Part shown: positions 10,501-18,685 of the stretch, piece after piece
Numbering within the stretch: position 1 is the stretch's first letter
Layout of the letters: every line of letters starts with the position of its first letter
Source of the DNA: Candidatus Bilamarchaeum dharawalense
GTDB lineage: Archaea; Micrarchaeota; Micrarchaeia; Anstonellales; Bilamarchaeaceae
NCBI GenBank assembly: GCA_902386555.1
Contig: CABMJJ010000009.1
Location: forward strand, 25,680-89,679
DNA: 64,000 nt
Direction: 5' to 3'
The notes under the pieces: model-generated
Told to the model about the DNA's origin: nothing
Database searches by the model: none
What the model saw: only the letters and a program-made list of their open reading frames with translations
Made by a program: the position numbers and the translations under genes

Positions 10501-10649
10501 TTGGAATTAACTAGCACTACCTGAACGCCTTCTTCTCTGAGAGCACGGCAAGCCTGAGTACCGGAGTAATCAAACTCGGCTGACTGGCCTATGACTATGG
10601 GACCAGACCCGATTACCAGTACTTTTTTTGGTTTTTTTAGTGTAACCAT
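7503..10649 (-). CDS. carB: Carbamoyl-phosphate synthase large subunit
   Basis: 1048 aa with a duplicated ATP-grasp architecture. [21 protein letters not shown] and [20 protein letters not shown] are hallmark CarB repeats. C-terminal MGS-like domain. Confidence 0.95.
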   Translation of the reverse strand: [1048 protein letters not shown]

Positions 10650-10705
10650 TGTTTACCTCAATACTTTCCCGTCAGTCATTACATCGCCCAAAATAACATG
10701 TCAAT

Positions 10706-11149
10706 TTATTCGTGCTTATGCTCTTCATGCTTATGTTCGTGACCTTCTTCATGCCTATGCTCTTCCTGTTTTGACATTCTTTGCATGAAATCAAACATAA
10801 AGCGTGCACCTTCAAAGAAAGAAGTTTGAGCAAGGTCCTGCCTTGACATTTCCTTTAGTTTTTTCTTTTCCGCATTCCAGAGTTCCATGAATGCGCGAGC
10901 AGTAACATCATTGATAAATTGCTGGAAACTCTCGGCAATTTTTTCTGGTGGAATGCACACGTGAGTTTTGTCTTTTACATTATCAGGCAAAACGCCATTC
11001 ATACCCTGGTAACAATCATAGCAAACGTGTTCCATGTTTGTTCCTTTGGCTGAATCCGTTTGACATTGATCACAAAATGTATCATTTCCACAAAAACTGC
11101 ATTTTACATTATTATTTTCCTTTTTTCCTTCTGGTTTTTCACTTGTCAT
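10706..11149 (-). CDS. Cys-rich protein with His-rich C-terminal tail (putative metal-binding)
   Basis: 147 aa. CSFC, CDQC and CYDC pairs, with tail EEHRHEEGHEHKHEEHKHE. A GAGGTG SD lies inside the end of the upstream ORF, and the ATG is 2 nt after that ORF's TAA. Confidence 0.45.
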   Translation of the reverse strand: MTSEKPEGKKENNNVKCSFCGNDTFCDQCQTDSAKGTNMEHVCYDCYQGMNGVLPDNVKDKTHVCIPPEKIAESFQQFINDVTARAFMELWNAEKKKLKEMSRQDLAQTSFFEGARFMFDFMQRMSKQEEHRHEEGHEHKHEEHKHE

Positions 11150-11151
11150 AG

Positions 11152-11517
11152 TTACACCTCAAAAAAATTACCGCATTTAACACATTTTATCAACGCATCT
11201 ACATGCCAATTGAATATGAAGTTTATCTCTTTCATCGATGATCTGGATAGAAGCTTGTTCCAATCCTGACCAGCTTGGCCCCATAGAATAATTTTGGTAC
11301 CGCAATGGCAGCATACGCTGTCTTTTACCTCTTCGGATTTGAACTTCCTTATTTCAAACTCTTTATTGCAACCTATGCACGTGTGCTTGGATGGATGTGC
11401 ACACACAATCCCACAAACAACATAGGTAACTGACTTGTCATTCCAAGATTCGTCCAGGGTACACGAGTGATTGATGTTGATTTTTCCTTTGCATTTTTTG
11501 CAATAGTAGTCAGTCAT
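11152..11517 (-). CDS. Zinc-ribbon protein (multiple CxxC pairs)
   Basis: 121 aa. Motifs CKKC, CIGC, CCHC and CVKC. ATGA overlap with the upstream ORF. Confidence 0.45.
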   Translation of the reverse strand: MTDYYCKKCKGKININHSCTLDESWNDKSVTYVVCGIVCAHPSKHTCIGCNKEFEIRKFKSEEVKDSVCCHCGTKIILWGQAGQDWNKLLSRSSMKEINFIFNWHVDALIKCVKCGNFFEV

Positions 11518-11834
11518 TTTTTCACCTTTTTAAATTCTTCAGTAGTTAGACGATGTATTTTTTCAGTAGTAGGTTCGCTTCCACTCATATAACCATGAAC
11601 ATAATATGTGTATGCATAATGTGTTCCGCATTTGGAACACTTGTATATTTCAATACTTGGAGGGCAATCGCCATACTCGCCCAGATTCTCCATATGAGAT
11701 ATGGCTTTCCACATTTTATCAAAATTTAGATTGGGTTCGGATGGAGCTGTAGAGTTATCAAATTCCCTAACTGCATCATCTGGAAGTTCCTTGCATATTT
11801 CGCAATTTTTATATCGAGCTTTTTTTTCTTCCAT
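11514..11834 (-). CDS. Zinc-ribbon protein (CEIC ... CSKC)
   Basis: The ATG at 11834 lies 5 nt after the carA stop. The ORF track starts it at a TTG at 11843. 106 aa from the ATG. Confidence 0.45.
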   Translation of the reverse strand: MEEKKARYKNCEICKELPDDAVREFDNSTAPSEPNLNFDKMWKAISHMENLGEYGDCPPSIEIYKCSKCGTHYAYTYYVHGYMSGSEPTTEKIHRLTTEEFKKVKK

Positions 11835-11839
11835 AAATA

Positions 11840-12913
11840 TCAAATCATTTTCAAAAACTCATCAAACAAGAACCTGGTATCGTGTGGACCAGGGCATGCC
11901 TCAGGATGATATTGCACGGAAAATATGTTTTTGGAATCGCTACGCATTCCTTCCACACTTTTGTCATTCACATTAATTTGAGTTAATTCAAATTTGTCAG
12001 GAATTTTATCAACTGCAAAACCATGATTTTGGGTTGTGATGTAGGTTCTTTTTGTTTTGACATCCATAACTGCATGGTTTGAACCTCTATGGCCAAATTT
12101 TAGTTTGTAGGTATCTCCACCAAATGCATGGGCAAGAAGTTGATGTCCAAGACAGATACCAAAAATCGGACAATAACCCTCAAGAGCTTTGATTGTTTTA
12201 TGAGCATCCGTCAGAATGGCCGGATCGCCAGGACCATTGGATAGGAGAATACCGTCTGGTTCTATTGCTTCAACATCGTGAGCAGTACTGGAACTGGGCA
12301 AAAGTAAAACTTGACAGTCACGCTCAACCAATTGACGTACAATTCCCATTTTTACTCCATAATCAATTAATGCAATTTTTTTCTTGTTGTTCTTGCCAAA
12401 AATTTGCTTTGTTTTGGTGGATGTTTTAGAAACAAAATCAATGGCAGAGTAGTCAAATTTCTGCATTTTGTTGATCAAAGATTTGACATCGAGTTCATTT
12501 TCCGATGTTGCAAGAATTGCCGGCATAACCCCCTTGTCTCTTATGTGGCGGACGATAAAACGGGTGTCGATGCCACAAATGCCTGGCACTCCGTGATCTT
12601 TTAGAAAATTATCAAGATTTTTCTGTGCGTCCTTGTGTTCAAAATCTTCACTGCGTTCACGAATAGCAAAACCACTGGTATGAATCTTGTCGCTTTCCTG
12701 ATCAGTTTTATTGGTTCCATAATTTCCAATCAGTGGATAGGTCATGAGAAGGATCTGCCCTCCATAGCTCGGGTCAGTTAAAGCTTCCTGATAGCCCATC
12801 ATGGAAGTGTTGAAAACAAGTTCACCTAGCATTTCGGTTTTTGCACCAAACCCGATTCCATGGATAACAGTACCATCTTTCAGAGCTAAAACTGCTTTCA
12901 TTTCATTTTTCAC
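11840..12913 (-). CDS. carA: Carbamoyl-phosphate synthase small (glutaminase) subunit
   Basis: 357 aa. GICLGHQLL (catalytic Cys) and QYHPE (His/Glu) are the class-I amidotransferase triad motifs, and the N-terminal CPSase_sm domain is present. Confidence 0.93.
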   Translation of the reverse strand: MKNEMKAVLALKDGTVIHGIGFGAKTEMLGELVFNTSMMGYQEALTDPSYGGQILLMTYPLIGNYGTNKTDQESDKIHTSGFAIRERSEDFEHKDAQKNLDNFLKDHGVPGICGIDTRFIVRHIRDKGVMPAILATSENELDVKSLINKMQKFDYSAIDFVSKTSTKTKQIFGKNNKKKIALIDYGVKMGIVRQLVERDCQVLLLPSSSTAHDVEAIEPDGILLSNGPGDPAILTDAHKTIKALEGYCPIFGICLGHQLLAHAFGGDTYKLKFGHRGSNHAVMDVKTKRTYITTQNHGFAVDKIPDKFELTQINVNDKSVEGMRSDSKNIFSVQYHPEACPGPHDTRFLFDEFLKMI

Positions 12914-13826
12914 CGATCAATTTTATCAAAAGAGCCATCTGAGCCCACATGCGGTTTTCTGCCTGAGTGAATGCAAGAGATCTGGGACCACGCAGACCAA
13001 ACTCATCAATTTCATAGCCAATGTGAGCAGGCATATCGTGCATTGAATGGGCCTGGGGGCCTGCAATTTCCATTAATTTTTTGTTAAGTTGATAAGGTAG
13101 GAATGCCTTTTCCCTTCGCTCTTTTTCAGAAGCAAATTTTGGATCAGAAAAGAATTCCATGTTGACCCAGGTATCAGTATAAATTACATCCGCTCCTTTT
13201 ACTGCTTCTTCTAGTTTGGGATTCTCATGATAATTTTTATGGGAGCGAACTTTTTTCATTTTTTCCTCGTCAATGCTATCTGGGTCAACTTCTGGAACAG
13301 AAAGAGTGAAATCCGCGCCAGTGGTTACACAGGCATAGGAAAGGGAATTGCTTACATTGTTGCCAATGCCAGTGTAAACTACTTTTACCCCTTTTAATTT
13401 ACCCAGTTTCTCCTTGATTGTCATCACATCTGCCAATGCCTGACAGGGATGATATTTTTCACAAAGGCCATTTATCACAGGAACTTTTGATCCCTTGACC
13501 ATTTCCACAAGAGTTGCATGCTTGAGCGGTCGGACCATTATCGCATCATCATAGCTTGAGATGACTTTTGCCTCATCCTGAACTCCGCCCATGGCAAGCT
13601 GAGTGGTTCTCCAATCAATATAGATGGCATGACCACCCAGTTTTGTCATCCCTGTTTCAAATGATAATCTTGTTCTTGTGGAAGTTTTTTGGAAGATCAT
13701 TGCAAGTGTTTTATGCTTTAAAGTTTCGGTGTATTTGCTTGGATGCTTCTTGATATCTAAAGCCAAATCAACAACAGATTCGATCCATTTTCCATCGTAT
13801 TCCTTAAGGTATAATACATGATTCAT
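12903..13826 (-). CDS. argF: Ornithine-carbamoyltransferase-family enzyme with non-canonical second-substrate motifs
   Basis: FQKTSTRTRLSFE and HPCQALAD are canonical. It aligns end to end with archaeal OTCases from memory. However DxxxSMG reads DTWVNME and HCLP reads HDMP. Confidence 0.75.
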   Translation of the reverse strand: MNHVLYLKEYDGKWIESVVDLALDIKKHPSKYTETLKHKTLAMIFQKTSTRTRLSFETGMTKLGGHAIYIDWRTTQLAMGGVQDEAKVISSYDDAIMVRPLKHATLVEMVKGSKVPVINGLCEKYHPCQALADVMTIKEKLGKLKGVKVVYTGIGNNVSNSLSYACVTTGADFTLSVPEVDPDSIDEEKMKKVRSHKNYHENPKLEEAVKGADVIYTDTWVNMEFFSDPKFASEKERREKAFLPYQLNKKLMEIAGPQAHSMHDMPAHIGYEIDEFGLRGPRSLAFTQAENRMWAQMALLIKLIGEK

Positions 13827-13923
13827 TCTCTCAACTCTGAATTTAATTTAAATATTTCTAAGAACTAGGACATTCTATCTCAATGATAATTTATAAAGTT
13901 ATTGAAATTTTTTAAATAAAAAA

Positions 13924-14625
13924 TTACAAACGAGCCAGATAGGGTTCTAGATGTTCAGTGGAAAGAGGCGGATTTCTAATCATACACATGAGTGGGTCCT
14001 GCCCGGTTTTTTCAGCAACTGACTTTACGAAATGATATCCAAAAATATAGACTGGTCGCTCCTCAGAAGTGCGAAGAACTTCAAAACCAGGATGTAGTAT
14101 TCTTGCTACTTTCTCTCCATAGTAGGTTGCAACTCCTTCATAGAGCATTTCCCCTCTTCCTTTTGGAACAACTTCAAGATCAGGAGTAAGAAGATGGATT
14201 GTTTCATGGGCAAGAAAATAATCAAAATTAGGAGTATTTGGAGTTAGTGGTGCCTTGGCCAATACTAATATTACATTTACACCAGTTACTGCATAGCCGT
14301 TTATGGCCCCAAAACCAGGAAACAGGGAATAGATACTTCTCACGGCAAATAAAAAGGGGGTAGCAACTACGGTTGCAGATCGCGATAATGTACCGTATTC
14401 TGGTGAAAAAGCAGATTGCTGCCGTGATAATGATGTTTTAATTGGATACCAAAAATCAACTAGGAAGTTGGTGGTTGGTTTTGAATGTATTCTTACTTCT
14501 ATGGGTCGAACTAAACGCCTACCCAGCATATCCTCGCATATTGGTTGGATAACTCTAAGCCGATCGGATGCCGCCTCTCTTAACTCTAAGGCTCTAAGTT
14601 TTTTCACATGGGAAATGTGGTACAA
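13924..14625 (-). CDS. Hypothetical protein with gluzincin-like HExxH...E motif (Peptidase_MA-like)
   Basis: 233 aa. AHETIHLL, followed about 19 residues later by LYEGVATYYG. Confidence 0.4.
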   Translation of the reverse strand: MYHISHVKKLRALELREAASDRLRVIQPICEDMLGRRLVRPIEVRIHSKPTTNFLVDFWYPIKTSLSRQQSAFSPEYGTLSRSATVVATPFLFAVRSIYSLFPGFGAINGYAVTGVNVILVLAKAPLTPNTPNFDYFLAHETIHLLTPDLEVVPKGRGEMLYEGVATYYGEKVARILHPGFEVLRTSEERPVYIFGYHFVKSVAEKTGQDPLMCMIRNPPLSTEHLEPYLARL

Positions 14626-14667
14626 TGTATTTATAATAGAAAATGGTTGAAGATGTAAATAAAAAAA

Positions 14668-15453
14668 TTAGAATTCCGTTACAAGCGGAATACCCGAAGC
14701 GGGTATGGAACGAAGTACCCTGTCAAGAGATGCTTGAAATACTGAGGGTGGAAGATGTTCATAGATAGCTGAGAAAATGGAACGAACTAAAGTTGCTGTT
14801 TCTTCCAATGTCACATGGGTTTTGGGTTCAAGTGGGGCCAGGATGAGATCCAATGGAAGCGCTTCAGTTTCGGATATGGGCTGAATGTAATCAAATCCAG
14901 TGGTATGATCCAAAAGTCCTGCACCCGCTCTAGTGAAAATGGTTAATCTTTTCTTTGCATCGGCTGGATTTGTTGTAAAACTTCCTGGTCTTTCTACTTC
15001 ACCACAAATAGAACGAAGTACAGTGCCAGCATCTGTTGCAGAATCAAGTGCAAAATTAAGCATTTCAGAAAATAGCTGGTAGCCCACGCCAATTTTTTGT
15101 AAGCTATCAGCAACTCGGATAAAACCAACAAAAAGAGTGGATGGTTCAGCTAAATAGAAATATGATGAAACACCAACAACTTCCTCACCTTTCATCGCAA
15201 GAGTAAACCGATAACGATTTTTAGGATGACCGAATCGACCTGCGGAAATTGCTCCTTCCCATGCTTCTGGAGGGACCTGTTCTTCGGGCGGGAAATAAGA
15301 ATTAATTAATGCAACTCCTTTCTGGAGTAAATCTAATTCAGGCTCATGCCTTGCTATAATCTTTGTAATATCAAGATTTCTAAGGTGGATGCCTTCCATT
15401 GCAACTGTTCGATTTTTTAAAGCATCAACGGTTTTTGATCTAAGTTGTGTCAT
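14668..15453 (-). CDS. Hypothetical protein with GNAT-like acyl-CoA motif
   Basis: 261 aa. VGFIRVADSLQKIGVGYQLFSEML resembles GNAT motif A (Q/R-x-x-G-x-G/A). Confidence 0.35.
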   Translation of the reverse strand: MTQLRSKTVDALKNRTVAMEGIHLRNLDITKIIARHEPELDLLQKGVALINSYFPPEEQVPPEAWEGAISAGRFGHPKNRYRFTLAMKGEEVVGVSSYFYLAEPSTLFVGFIRVADSLQKIGVGYQLFSEMLNFALDSATDAGTVLRSICGEVERPGSFTTNPADAKKRLTIFTRAGAGLLDHTTGFDYIQPISETEALPLDLILAPLEPKTHVTLEETATLVRSIFSAIYEHLPPSVFQASLDRVLRSIPASGIPLVTEF

Positions 15454-15457
15454 TTAT

Positions 15458-16177
15458 TCACCCAGTAGAAGTATTTCCAAATCTCCTTTGAATGGAGGAT
15501 AGAAATCTATCTGTAATTTTTTTCATTTCATTTCCAGCAGAGCCAACAAACAAAGCAAGATAAAGTGCTTCGGTTATTATCATATTTACTCCTTCAGCAA
15601 AAAGCGATGTTGGGAGTTTGTGACCAAGATCATGACCGAGCAGGTTGGTTAGAGCAACCACTCCAGCGGATATAAGTGCGGAAACAGCATAAACAGGGAT
15701 GGAAACCAATGCAGCAATGGCCTGTGCTGGAAGAAGGTCGCGAGCAAAATTTTTCAGATTTTTGAAAAACGATTTTTCTTCGGTGTATACTCCGCGATTT
15801 AGAAGGAACCAGGTCGCCTGGCCAGTTATAACCGCAGGGAAATAATCCCCGGCGATAGTACCAAGAATACCATTGTAGGCATTTCCAGTTGAATATTGAA
15901 TCGCAAGTCCTGCCAAAGGTGCGCATACATAGGTTCCAACAAGCTCGCTGGCTGCCAATGTTGCCATCATTCTTACATTTATTGCACTTCTGGCAGCTTC
16001 TGGTCCTGCTTGGAACAGTTTTTGATCATCAAGCAAAGAAGCTTCTTTCACAGTACGAATATCCTCTCTCATGGTCTGGTAAATTTTTCTTGGATTGAGT
16101 TTGGAAACTGCACTCTTGGTAACTTCCCATGTCTTGTGAAGACGTGGGTGCCTATAAGCTTGTTGTTGTGGGTCCAC
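15458..16177 (-). CDS. Hypothetical integral membrane protein
   Basis: 239 aa with about 4-5 hydrophobic helices after a basic N-terminal 70 aa. Lies 4 bp from the downstream gene. Confidence 0.4.
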   Translation of the reverse strand: MDPQQQAYRHPRLHKTWEVTKSAVSKLNPRKIYQTMREDIRTVKEASLLDDQKLFQAGPEAARSAINVRMMATLAASELVGTYVCAPLAGLAIQYSTGNAYNGILGTIAGDYFPAVITGQATWFLLNRGVYTEEKSFFKNLKNFARDLLPAQAIAALVSIPVYAVSALISAGVVALTNLLGHDLGHKLPTSLFAEGVNMIITEALYLALFVGSAGNEMKKITDRFLSSIQRRFGNTSTG

Positions 16178-16188
16178 TAGGTATCACT

Positions 16189-17475
16189 TCAAACTCTTCC
16201 AACTATTCTGTTAATCTCATGTGAAATTTGCTGAAGTGGCATTCCTGCGAATGGATGTCCTTCGTAATCTGAACGAAGCTGATGTTCCAATGGTCTGTGA
16301 CCCATTGCATACTCTGCGTAGTTTTTGGTCTGGCTCAGAGGTACAAGGAGGATCTGGACTGCTTGATCAACAACTTCCATGATCGATCGCCTTGCCAATT
16401 CTACGTTGCTGATTGGACCATCGGTTCTTATACCGAACATTGCTCTTGCTTTTCTTTCAGTAATAAGGTATCTGTCGAAACCTTCAATTGAGAAATTATC
16501 AACAAGTAGATTCAACATTGCCCGGACTTCTGGTTTTGCCCACTCACGAACAACTCCTCTTGGAGCTGCTGGATCTGCTGGCTTGAATGCCAAATTGAAC
16601 ATATAAGGAACGCCAACTGCGAACTCTTGACCATGTCTCATAACTGAGCTAAGTGCTGGCTGTTTCCACACTGGAATGTGAGTTCCGTCTGCCATAACTG
16701 CGACAATGCCGCATCCGCCAAGCAATTCATGCATATGAAGTCTTGTTCTAGTATACCTCATGGCATCCATATCTAGTCTGCCGTCTTTTGCCTGAACTTG
16801 ACCTACAAATTCAGATTCATAAACTGCACCAACTGCAGGTCTTCCTGCAATCTCTTCAACCAATGTAAAACCTGCTGCGAATAGTAAACCAGCAACACCG
16901 CAACCACGGTAATTTGGTACCTGGCCTGATTTGAAAACACCAGGATAGAGGATTTCCATCTGTGCCGAATCTGCAATGGCACCATACTGGCCGTAAACTA
17001 CACCAGTGCTACCAAGAACAGAACCTTGACCCCAACCTACAACTCCGCTTCTTCTTGAACCAAATGAGCTACCTTGGCCATATCCTATTGGACCAAGTTC
17101 TTCGTGAACAATAACAACAGCTGCAAATGGATTTTCTCTAAAAATTTCTCGTTGCTCGTGGAGAGCAACCAATCTTGATTTAATATCTGCAGTTGGTTCT
17201 GATTCGTCTGGGTTTTTATCAAAATCAAAGTTAAGAGCGTAAATACCTGGTTTTTTACCACCTTTATCATTCCTATCCGAACCAATACCTAATCTTGCTT
17301 CAAATGAATCTGCATCTAAAACATGAACTACTTTTAGTACCTGACCAAGAGGCCTACCTGTCAATGGGTCTGGCTGCTCTAATTTTCTAATCCCATTTTG
17401 GGACAAATAACGATCGAAATTTGGAACAATAACTCTATTTTCTGGTTTTCCTTTTGGTAACATTGCTTCTGCCAC
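16189..17475 (-). CDS. Hypothetical 428-aa protein with GNAT-like motif and Gly-rich insert
   Basis: QVPNYRGCGVAGLLFAAG resembles GNAT motif A. Gly-rich run GYGQGSSFGSRRSGVVGWGQGSVLGSTGVVYGQYG. A TATA-like CTTATATAC lies about 35 nt upstream. Confidence 0.35.
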   Translation of the reverse strand: MAEAMLPKGKPENRVIVPNFDRYLSQNGIRKLEQPDPLTGRPLGQVLKVVHVLDADSFEARLGIGSDRNDKGGKKPGIYALNFDFDKNPDESEPTADIKSRLVALHEQREIFRENPFAAVVIVHEELGPIGYGQGSSFGSRRSGVVGWGQGSVLGSTGVVYGQYGAIADSAQMEILYPGVFKSGQVPNYRGCGVAGLLFAAGFTLVEEIAGRPAVGAVYESEFVGQVQAKDGRLDMDAMRYTRTRLHMHELLGGCGIVAVMADGTHIPVWKQPALSSVMRHGQEFAVGVPYMFNLAFKPADPAAPRGVVREWAKPEVRAMLNLLVDNFSIEGFDRYLITERKARAMFGIRTDGPISNVELARRSIMEVVDQAVQILLVPLSQTKNYAEYAMGHRPLEHQLRSDYEGHPFAGMPLQQISHEINRIVGRV

Positions 17476-17707
17476 ATAATCACCTGATTGTAGTGCTCAT
17501 TCAAAGTATATAAGCTTGATTGTACACTTATTAACACACAATAGGTTTATAAATACGTGTGGGATTTTTTGGATAAAGAAGAGTATAAAAATACTATGGA
17601 AAACATTAACTTTAATCGGATATTACTGGCGCAGGGGTAGGTGCGTTTTAAATACCTTTGTAGGGTAATATGTAATTCGCAAATTTTGCTTATTTAGGTG
17701 TAAATGT

Positions 17708-18013
17708 ATGACAAAAGTTAGAATTAAACTTAGTGGTGAGGACCCTGCTGCCCTCGATAATGTAGTTGATCAAATAAAAAATTTATCTTCAACGTTAAGT
17801 ATGAGATTCATCGGCCCGGTTAGGCTTCCAAGAAGAAAAATGGAGATTGCCTGCAGAAGAACTCCCTGTGGCGATGGTACAGATACCTATGAACACTGGG
17901 AAAAACGAGTACACAAGAGACTCTGCGACGTGGAAGGCGATGAAAAATATATAAAACAGATTCTAAGAATTAAAGTGCCAACCAACGTTTTCGTAAAGAT
18001 TTCTCTTAGTTAA
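17708..18013 (+). CDS. rps10: 30S ribosomal protein S10 (uS10)
   Basis: 101 aa. KVRIKL...GPVRLPRRK...HKRLCDVEGDEKYIKQILRIKVP aligns with archaeal S10. TTTTAAATA box at 17646 and an AGGTG SD. Confidence 0.9.
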   Translation: MTKVRIKLSGEDPAALDNVVDQIKNLSSTLSMRFIGPVRLPRRKMEIACRRTPCGDGTDTYEHWEKRVHKRLCDVEGDEKYIKQILRIKVPTNVFVKISLS

Positions 18014-18017
18014 TTTT

Positions 18018-18623
18018 TTATACTGTTTTTGGCGGCATACCCTCAAGAACAGTCTCTGCCATACGCTTGAGATAGGTGTCATGACCTTGAGTTAAACGTG
18101 AAACTTCTTCCCTTAGACCATCTGGAACAGAAATTACATGTCTCACGATTGCAGATAGTTCCCGTAATACAACACGCATTGATTTTGCATTTCCAGAGGT
18201 AAGTGCATCTGCAAACGCAGTTAATGCATCTCCCCGCAGCTCCTGTCGACTAATGGCAACGGTAAGTATTTCACCACATTGGTTATTGGCATATTCATTA
18301 TACTCCTTGGACGCCCCATGACCAAGTGCAACAAGAACTTTTTTTAGGAATACTTGATCGCTTTCTTCGCGAACAATTTTCATAAACAGTTTTCTGGCCT
18401 TGTCTCTTTTAGTAAAATCAGTTTTCCCGAGTAATGCAATGGCACTGGGCAATTGTTCCGGATGTTCCTTTAATCGGGTGATGACAGCTGTACTTTCACC
18501 CATTTTGAGAGCCTTTGCAATAGAACCTCTTTGCCAAAGATCAACAAGTAGACCAGGTTTTTCAAAACCATCTTTTTTACCAGCAGACGCAACTACCTTA
18601 AAAGCAGATTGTGGTGGACCCAT
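18018..18623 (-). CDS. Hypothetical soluble alpha-helical protein
   Basis: 201-aa ORF with no motif I recognise. Confidence 0.4.
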   Translation of the reverse strand: MGPPQSAFKVVASAGKKDGFEKPGLLVDLWQRGSIAKALKMGESTAVITRLKEHPEQLPSAIALLGKTDFTKRDKARKLFMKIVREESDQVFLKKVLVALGHGASKEYNEYANNQCGEILTVAISRQELRGDALTAFADALTSGNAKSMRVVLRELSAIVRHVISVPDGLREEVSRLTQGHDTYLKRMAETVLEGMPPKTV

Positions 18624-18685
18624 GATAGAACACCTCCCTAATGATTATATGTATTACTAAAGGGTTTTTAGTCATTTTTGGTTGA

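Noticed and set aside
7503-10649. Several 60-115-aa ORFs on the plus strand and in other minus-strand frames inside carB (for example 8343..8690, 9925..10161)
   Set aside because: These are shadow ORFs within a highly conserved coding region, with no start signals and odd composition. The same reasoning applies to the antisense ORFs inside dnaK, purH, the P-type ATPase, the gcv genes, GGR and the antiporters.
17476-17707. Possible small ORF or sRNA in the 232-bp region between the orphan operon and rps10 (for example ATGGAAAAC..., 13 codons)
   Set aside because: The ORF is too short and lacks an SD. The region has several TATA-like boxes but no convincing stable structure. It is best explained as two divergent promoters.
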